Positions 6,588 through 12,001 of a DNA stretch of 14,799 bases are shown here, piece after piece (position 1 is the first letter of the stretch; the number at the start of each line of letters is the position of its first letter). The stretch lies in NCBI GenBank assembly GCA_002341165.1, contig DDNL01000009.1, positions 4,370 to 19,168 of the forward strand, given 5' to 3'. Both the position numbers and the translations under genes were made by a program. The notes below the pieces were generated by a model. It ran no database searches. It was not told the DNA's origin and was given only the letters and a program-made list of their open reading frames with translations. The DNA comes from Shewanellaceae bacterium UBA2521 (GTDB lineage: Bacteria > Pseudomonadota > Gammaproteobacteria > Enterobacterales > Shewanellaceae).

Positions 6588-7682
6588 ATGGTGAGTTTTC
6601 TCCGTATTTATAGTGTTTTGGGATTAATGGTAGTAACTTCGGTATTTGCTGAAACTAAAGAGCAGCAAACGAAGCGAACTCTATTACCTATGCACCAATA
6701 TTTATCTCAAGATGAATTATGGTTATCAGCTAAAGATGACATGCATGATAATGATATTAAAACCGTTGCAGTTTATTTCAATGGGCGCACTACACAGGAT
6801 GTCACTCAAGGTCAAGTTGATACGTTTCAATATGCCATTGAAAATAAAATCCAAAATACGGGTTTTACTGTTCGAACATGTATTGAATGTACCAAACAAC
6901 GCGTCCATTTAAGTAAGAAAAAAATAAAATACAAAACCGGTATAGAAAACAACCAAGAACTGCGTTCTTTAGGTAAAAATATTAACGTCGATGCTTTTTT
7001 AGTCTGGCGTTTATCTAAAAACTTCGATGGCTATGATTTAAATATGAAGATTATTAATGCACACACAAATAAGGTTGTGTGGATTCGTAGTTTTCAAGCA
7101 GATACAGCAGCTAAAGAAATCAAAGAGATTAAATATCCTTCACAATGGGGAGTTGCTATTGGTCACTTAGGTTTAAAAGGTGAAGCAAATATTCCTTTCA
7201 ATCCAAATATTGATGGTAGTGGTCAGTGGAAAGATCGTTTTAGCACGGTTCGCGATATCAGTATTCGTTACTACACGCGTCACAAGCCAGGTGAAAATCT
7301 TCATTACGCTATTATCGGTAACTTTTTTATGAGCGTTCCAGAAGCAGACCAAACTGCTAAGGACTTGAAAGGTCTGGGCAAAGCTGACTTTTCTGTACAA
7401 GGCGTTGGTCTTGAAGGACGTGTTTTATACAACTTTTCTCAGGACACTTTTCTAAATCCAAGTGCCTATGTTGGTGTTGGTATTTCCAGTGTAAATGAAA
7501 GACAAAAAATAAGTGCACGAACAGGGTTTGAATTTGCCTTCATGGAAAATGCGTTTGTTGATGTTGGCCTCATTTATATTGACCCTGTTGAGTACGAGTT
7601 CAAAGAGAACAATTGGTCGCAAGATAAAGCAAAATTTGCTGACTCAATCGGTACAGATTTTACCATTGGTATAAGGTTTTAA
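6588..7682 (+). CDS. Secreted protein, 364 aa: FlgO/CsgG/LpoB-like alpha/beta N-domain plus putative C-terminal outer-membrane beta-barrel-like domain
   Basis: Start at ATG 6588, with AAAGAGG 5 nt upstream. Signal peptide MVSFLRIYSVLGLMVVTSVFA/ETK. The N-domain pattern is TVAVYFNG...TFQYAIENKIQNTGFTVRTC...LGKNINVDAFLVWRLSKNFDGYDLNMKIINAHTNKVVW. This resembles the AV.PF.N ... L...G.F.VV.R ... LGADa.l.G.v......y.l...lid..tg.vvW fold family. The C-terminal half has alternating-hydrophobic strands and ends ...DFTIGIRF with a terminal Phe. Confidence 0.5.
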   Translation: MVSFLRIYSVLGLMVVTSVFAETKEQQTKRTLLPMHQYLSQDELWLSAKDDMHDNDIKTVAVYFNGRTTQDVTQGQVDTFQYAIENKIQNTGFTVRTCIECTKQRVHLSKKKIKYKTGIENNQELRSLGKNINVDAFLVWRLSKNFDGYDLNMKIINAHTNKVVWIRSFQADTAAKEIKEIKYPSQWGVAIGHLGLKGEANIPFNPNIDGSGQWKDRFSTVRDISIRYYTRHKPGENLHYAIIGNFFMSVPEADQTAKDLKGLGKADFSVQGVGLEGRVLYNFSQDTFLNPSAYVGVGISSVNERQKISARTGFEFAFMENAFVDVGLIYIDPVEYEFKENNWSQDKAKFADSIGTDFTIGIRF

Positions 7683-7689
7683 GGTGAAG

Positions 7690-8193
7690 ATGATGAAATT
7701 AAACACACTTTTAATTATGACGATGGTCGCTTTAACCGCTACAGCGGCGTCGGCTGAAGAAGCGAGTTCAACGTCTGAAAAACAGCAGAAAAAATCAAAG
7801 ATGATGAATGTGAATGTGAAAGGTCAAGGCAACATGTATAACTCGGATGTTGATTTTGATTTAAACGATCCAAACGTCATCGTTACGATTGAAACAGATG
7901 AAACAGATGAAACAGAAGACAGTATGTTCGATGAGAAAAAAGCGAATAAATTGCATAGTAAAGCTCAAAAGTTAGCGCGAACGGGTCGTTACCAAGAAGC
8001 CTTAACTTTGCTTAAAGAAGCTGAGACTTTAACAGAAAACCCAGCAAAAATTTTATCGTTGCAAGGGAGCGCTCTATACAAATTAAATCGAATTGATAGT
8101 GCGAAAGATGCGTGGAATGAATCACTACGACACGACTCAAAACAGCCTGAAATTAAACGGATGTTGTCTTGGTTAGAGAAGGAGAAGTCATAA
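7690..8193 (+). CDS. Periplasmic TPR-like protein, ~167 aa
   Basis: AAGGTGA overlaps the upstream stop. ATG at 7690 (or 7693). Signal peptide MKMMKLNTLLIMTMVALTATAASA/EE, then an acidic linker with ETDETDETED. Two TPR-like helical pairs follow: ANKLHSKAQKLARTGRYQEALTLLKEAETLTENP and AKILSLQGSALYKLNRIDSAKDAWNESLRHDSKQP. Confidence 0.6.
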   Translation: MMKLNTLLIMTMVALTATAASAEEASSTSEKQQKKSKMMNVNVKGQGNMYNSDVDFDLNDPNVIVTIETDETDETEDSMFDEKKANKLHSKAQKLARTGRYQEALTLLKEAETLTENPAKILSLQGSALYKLNRIDSAKDAWNESLRHDSKQPEIKRMLSWLEKEKS

Positions 8194-9842
8194 TGAGACA
8201 GGTTAAACATATAATTTTATGGGTATTGCTCGTATCTTGTAGCGCTATGGCACAAGACAATACATCGTTAAAACTAAAACAAATGTCGTTTTCGGCAGAG
8301 CTAGAAAGTCGTTTAAACAGCGATGTTGAGCGAGTTATTGGAACCAATAAGCACATTTTATCGGTGCGCTCTGAATTTGTTTATGATGCAAAAACTGCAT
8401 CAAACAAGACTGATTCGATCGATATGGATATATCGGATGCACCTGATTTACCTGGATTATCGGGTATGCCGGCTATCGATGAGCCGAAACCAGCTAAAAA
8501 AGCAGTAAAAGAGCCAATGATTCGTTCGTTTAATACGAAATTAATTTTGGACCAGAGTGTGACCGCTGAACAAGAACAGTTATTACGTGGTTTGTTACTT
8601 CAGAAATTAGAGTACGACCCTATGCGTGGTGACCAATTTAGCATAACGCGTGCAGAACTTGATACAGCATCAGCTGTTGATGAGATTCAATCCTTATGGG
8701 ATGAGTACTGGCCTTTAATAGCTGCCTTAGCTGCTTTATTACTATTGTTACTTATTTGGTTCATCGTACGTCGTTCATCGAAAAAGAAAGATGCTGATGT
8801 TGCACCGGTAACATTAGATAAACCAACTTCGCCAGAAGCATTGCTTGATATGAAAAAAGGTGAGTTAAAAGCGATTCGTGAAAAGCTGGTTAAACAAAGC
8901 TTAAGTGAGCCTGAAAAAACAAAAGAAGTGATGAGCAGCTTGAGTTTAAATGAGCAGAACTTGCCTATGTTGTCGTCAACATACCAAGAGCTTGGACGTG
9001 CTTTATTTACATCGATGTATCCAACTTTGGTACCCAATATTCCAAGTTATTTGAAGTATTTAGAAGAAAATCCAACAGATTACGATGGTTTAGTACGTCA
9101 CTTAACCGATTTAAATCATTTGCTTTCAGATGCGCAATCATCGGATCAATTTGAAAATAAAGTGAAGCCTTTTGGATTCTTAGAGCGCATGACGGATAAT
9201 CAAATCCGTTGGGTACTCGATGACGAATCAGATCGTGTGAAAGCGGTTGTATTATGTCAGTTAAGCACAGACAAAGCGTCTAAATTGCTAACAACTTTTA
9301 ATGCCCAGACGCAAACACAATTAGCCATTGAGATTGCTCAGTTTAAATCGATGCCGATGACAACCTTTAATGAAGTTGCTGCATCATTAGCTGTAAAAGC
9401 ACGTTCAGTGCCAGATTTTAATACGATTGCTGTTGATGGCACACAATTACTTATTAAGATGTTAGATAGTATGAATTTATCGCAAGCAGAAGCTTTGGTT
9501 TCTCAGTTGAAATCGAGCTCGCCAGATATCTATCTAGATCTTCGACAAGTGTATTACATGTTTGAAGACATCTTGAGAACACCTGCGAATGTATTGAGCA
9601 ATCACTTACGTACGATGGAACCAAAAACGTTAGCCTTAGCCCTTTCAGAATTTACGGAAGAGCAAGTGGGTAAAGTATTATCGTCATTCCCTGAGCGTTT
9701 TGTTGCGATGTTGAAGCAAGAAATTCAGCAAGTAACGGATTTAGATAAAGGCAATGTTGAATCTGCTAAGCAGCAAGTCACCTTAGTTATACGTGAAGCG
9801 TTGAAAAACAAGCAGTTCAGTATGAATGATTTAGAGGTGTAA
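8193..9842 (+). CDS. Membrane-anchored FliF-like ring-building-motif / FliG-like (middle + C-terminal domain) fusion protein, 549 aa
   Basis: ATG 8193 overlaps the upstream TAA (TAATG), with GAAGGAG upstream. Signal peptide or lipobox MRQVKHIILWVLLVSC-SAMA-QD. The periplasmic segment 8301-8660 is FliF RBM3-like. One TM helix YWPLIAALAALLLLLLIWFIV (8706-8768) is followed by RRSSKKK. The cytoplasmic segment 9168-9839 matches FliG_M (PFGFLERMTDNQIRWVLDDESDRVKAVVLCQLSTDKASKLLTTFNAQTQTQLAIEIAQ). It also matches FliG_C (FEDILRTPANVLSNHLRTMEPKTLALALSEFTEEQVGKVLSSFPERFVAMLKQEI...VESAKQQVTLVIREAL). Confidence 0.65.
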   Translation: MRQVKHIILWVLLVSCSAMAQDNTSLKLKQMSFSAELESRLNSDVERVIGTNKHILSVRSEFVYDAKTASNKTDSIDMDISDAPDLPGLSGMPAIDEPKPAKKAVKEPMIRSFNTKLILDQSVTAEQEQLLRGLLLQKLEYDPMRGDQFSITRAELDTASAVDEIQSLWDEYWPLIAALAALLLLLLIWFIVRRSSKKKDADVAPVTLDKPTSPEALLDMKKGELKAIREKLVKQSLSEPEKTKEVMSSLSLNEQNLPMLSSTYQELGRALFTSMYPTLVPNIPSYLKYLEENPTDYDGLVRHLTDLNHLLSDAQSSDQFENKVKPFGFLERMTDNQIRWVLDDESDRVKAVVLCQLSTDKASKLLTTFNAQTQTQLAIEIAQFKSMPMTTFNEVAASLAVKARSVPDFNTIAVDGTQLLIKMLDSMNLSQAEALVSQLKSSSPDIYLDLRQVYYMFEDILRTPANVLSNHLRTMEPKTLALALSEFTEEQVGKVLSSFPERFVAMLKQEIQQVTDLDKGNVESAKQQVTLVIREALKNKQFSMNDLEV

Positions 9843-9844
9843 GC

Positions 9845-10627
9845 ATGATCTCCTTTAGTAACATATTTGGATTCTTATTAGCGATTGGACTCATATGTGG
9901 TTCAATCATGATGTCGACAGACAACTATTTGTTGTTTGTCAGCATCTCAAGTTTGATTATCGTTGTGGGTGGCTCTTTTGCAGCTTCTCTGGTTGGTTAC
10001 TCATTTCCGTTGGTATTCAGCGCCTTAAAAGGTATTTTACAAAACCTTATGATTGAAGATAACGACATGAAAACCAAGCACATGTCAATTCGACGTATGA
10101 CCGAGTGGAACAACACGTTTCATTCAGGCGGTATCACTGAGTTAGAAAACTCATTAACAGAAAAAGAAAAGAAAGATTCTTTTATCAAGCTAGGTATCGA
10201 TTTAATCGGTACAGGCTACAAAGGTGAAGAGTTACAAGCACTATTGGAAGAAAGCAATGAAAGCCAATCCATGCAAGACATGCGTCATGCTGAAGTGTTA
10301 AATACTTTAGCTAACTTCGCACCGGGTTTTGGTATGGTTGGTACGTTAATCGGTTTAATCGTGATGCTAGATAATTTAAGTGGCGATATGGCGGTACTAG
10401 GAAAAGGCTTAGCGGTTGCTCTTCTTACAACCTTTTACGGTGTTATTTCAGCGCAATTATTTTTTAAACCAGCTTCTATGCGTGTACAACGTCGTGTTGA
10501 GATGGAAGCACATCGTCGAGAAATGCAAATCAGAGCTTTTATGATGATGACGACTAAACGTCCTTCTCTTCACGTTCAAGATCATATGAATGGTTATTTA
10601 CCCTTTAATAAGCGCTTGGAAGATTAA
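9845..10627 (+). CDS. MotA/PomA-like stator A subunit (MotA_ExbB proton-channel family), 260 aa
   Basis: GAGGTG lies upstream and there is a 2-nt gap after the preceding stop. The protein has four TM segments with a ~100-aa cytoplasmic loop between TM2 and TM3. The conserved core is LANFAPGFGMVGTLIGLIVML...MAVLGKGLAVALLTTFYGVISAQLFFKPAS, including prolines at the positions of E. coli MotA P173 and P222. Confidence 0.8.
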   Translation: MISFSNIFGFLLAIGLICGSIMMSTDNYLLFVSISSLIIVVGGSFAASLVGYSFPLVFSALKGILQNLMIEDNDMKTKHMSIRRMTEWNNTFHSGGITELENSLTEKEKKDSFIKLGIDLIGTGYKGEELQALLEESNESQSMQDMRHAEVLNTLANFAPGFGMVGTLIGLIVMLDNLSGDMAVLGKGLAVALLTTFYGVISAQLFFKPASMRVQRRVEMEAHRREMQIRAFMMMTTKRPSLHVQDHMNGYLPFNKRLED

Positions 10628-10629
10628 TC

Positions 10630-11274
10630 ATGGCTAAGAGCAGAAAGAAAGTTGCACTAGAAGAGAGTAATAGTTGGTTACTGACGTACAGTGATGTTGT
10701 CACTTTATTGGTCGCTTTCTTTGTACTTTTAATTGCAACGTCTCAAGTAGATGAAGGTAAGTTGGAAGATGTTAAGCAAGGGTTATCAATAGTGTCGGAT
10801 TCAGAATCACAAACACCGATGCAAGATTTAAGTGAGCAAGTAGAAACGATCATTAAAGAGCAAGAGTTAGCATCAATTAAAGTTAAAAAAGTCATTGATG
10901 GTATCAAAATCGAACTTGATAGTGAAAACTTGTATGAATCTGGATCAGCATCTTTAAAGCCCGAAGGAAAAAAGATTCTCGTTGAGTTTACCAAGGCTAT
11001 TAATAGTGTTGATTTGGATCATCGTAACATTGTGATTGAAGGTCACAGTGACGATGTGCCAATCCGTAACGCTGAATTTCATAACAACTGGGAATTATCC
11101 TCAGCTCGCGCTATTGAAGTGACGTTACATCTTATTGACTTAGGTGTTGACAAATCTAAGCTACGAGCAGTTTCTTATGCTGATTCTCAGCCTAGAGCAA
11201 ATAAGGAATTACCAATCGCGGAGCAGAGACAACAAAATCGACGCGTTGTTATTTACATAAAACGAGCGATATAA
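10630..11274 (+). CDS. MotB/PomB-like stator B subunit with OmpA-like peptidoglycan-binding domain, 214 aa
   Basis: 2-nt gap after motA-like. The N-terminus SWLLTYSDVVTLLVAFFVLL carries the channel Asp in the MotB context (..TYADLMTLL..). The C-terminal OmpA-like domain reads YESGSASLKPEGKKIL...IVIEGHSDDVPIRNAEFHNNWELSSARAIEV...QNRRVVIYI. Confidence 0.8.
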   Translation: MAKSRKKVALEESNSWLLTYSDVVTLLVAFFVLLIATSQVDEGKLEDVKQGLSIVSDSESQTPMQDLSEQVETIIKEQELASIKVKKVIDGIKIELDSENLYESGSASLKPEGKKILVEFTKAINSVDLDHRNIVIEGHSDDVPIRNAEFHNNWELSSARAIEVTLHLIDLGVDKSKLRAVSYADSQPRANKELPIAEQRQQNRRVVIYIKRAI

Positions 11275-11298
11275 ATTAGCGGTTTTTGATATCCAACA

Positions 11299-11322
11299 GT
11301 ACGAAAACATTCGTTTTCGTAC
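11299..11322 (+). terminator. Hairpin downstream of the operon (possible terminator, weak U-tract)
   Basis: Perfect 10-bp stem GTACGAAAAC / GTTTTCGTAC with loop ATTC, 25 nt after the motB-like stop. It is followed by ATTCTCTG rather than a clean T-run. Confidence 0.45.
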
Positions 11323-11363
11323 ATTCTCTGTCAATACGTACACCTTTTTAGTACCAGTAAAAC

Positions 11364-11878
11364 GGCTCCGTTGCAAAAATTTACTTCGTTTTGCTTAAAT
11401 CATTGCCATCTTTACTAAAAAGAGAATTGCCTTTCTATGAGACGCACTTCTCCTAAGATGCCTTGATTTCGAAGCCATACATTCATCTGTTTCTTTCGAA
11501 ACATTCGCATCACTTCAAATCCTTTTAAGGTTGCAAAGGCTGTCTTCATGGATTGAAAACCTCGGGTAGGCTTAATCATTCTCTTTAGCTTACCATGATC
11601 CGACTCAATCCTATTATTCAAATATTTGACGTGCCTGTGCTGAATGATTTGACGACAGACCCCCTCTTTTTTAGAGCTGATAGAGCAGGTGCATAAGCTC
11701 GATCTTTATCGGATTCAAAACGCGGATTTAATCGCTTAGCTTGGTAGATAGAAGGGTGTGCATCAATAATACCTTGAGCAATCTCTTTCACTTTAAAGGG
11801 TTGATAGGGATGTTGCTTTAAAATTTGGAAAATTTGATCGGTTTGACTTAACTTTGACATATCAAGCTTATGCATCAA
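11364..11878 (-). mobile_element. IS6-family (IS26-like) insertion sequence remnant: one terminal IR plus a frameshifted 3' part of the transposase gene
   Basis: GGCTCCGTTGCAAA (11364-11377) matches the IS26 terminal repeat GGCACTGTTGCAAA at 12/14, in the orientation expected downstream of a minus-strand tnp. The other end is missing, and the M66 gene starts at 12002. Confidence 0.7.
11415..11725 (-). pseudogene. IS6-family DDE transposase, C-terminal fragment with a frameshift
   Basis: ...NPRFESDKDRAYAPALSALKK (frame 1) then EGVCRQIIQHRHVKYLNNRIESDHGKLKRMIKPTRGFQSMKTAFATLKGFEVMRMFRKKQ...GEVRLIERQF (frame 2). This parallels remembered Tnp26: PRFINTDKAPAYGRALALLKREGRCPSDVEHRQIKYRNNVIECDHGKLKRII..LGFKSMKTAYATIKGIEVMRALRKGQ...GEMRLVSRVF. 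The frame switches at the homopolymer block 11660-11672. The first ~50 codons of track ORF 11618-11878 are not clearly IS6-like. Confidence 0.7.
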
Positions 11879-12001
11879 AATGAAAAGGCTTCTGATTATA
11901 CAACTGATATAAATAAGAAAAAAGTCACACCTTAAATTTGATAGATATTTTCAAATAGTTGCCGATATAGCTTTCATGCTATCCAAGAATAAAATTTTTT
12001 T

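Noticed and set aside
8193-8770. Type III secretion basal-body SctJ (YscJ/PrgK) lipoprotein
   Set aside because: The protein shares the RBM plus C-terminal TM plan and a possible lipobox. However, there are no export-gate, ATPase, secretin or needle genes, and the cytoplasmic domain is FliG-like, which SctJ proteins lack.
6646-10994. Nested short ORFs inside the five operon genes (6646-6912+, 6726-6908-, 7173-7400-, 7989-8210-, 8153-8356-, 8323-8508+, 8687-9037-, 10743-10994-)
   Set aside because: Each is fully embedded in, or antisense to, a longer ORF with domain-level support. Their compositions are biased and they have no start context.
9845-11274. Zorya-type anti-phage defence (ZorA/ZorB are MotA/MotB homologues)
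   Set aside because: The A subunit is only 260 aa, with no long C-terminal coiled-coil tail. No ZorC/ZorD/ZorE-like helicase or nuclease genes are present, and the partner gene is FliG-like instead. A defence role cannot be formally excluded without searches.
9845-11274. ExbB/ExbD or TolQ/TolR energising the nearby TonB-dependent receptor
   Set aside because: The B subunit has a full OmpA-like peptidoglycan-binding domain and a MotB-type N-terminus rather than an ExbD/TolR fold. No TonB/TolA-like gene is adjacent, and IS elements plus 2 kb separate it from the heme locus.
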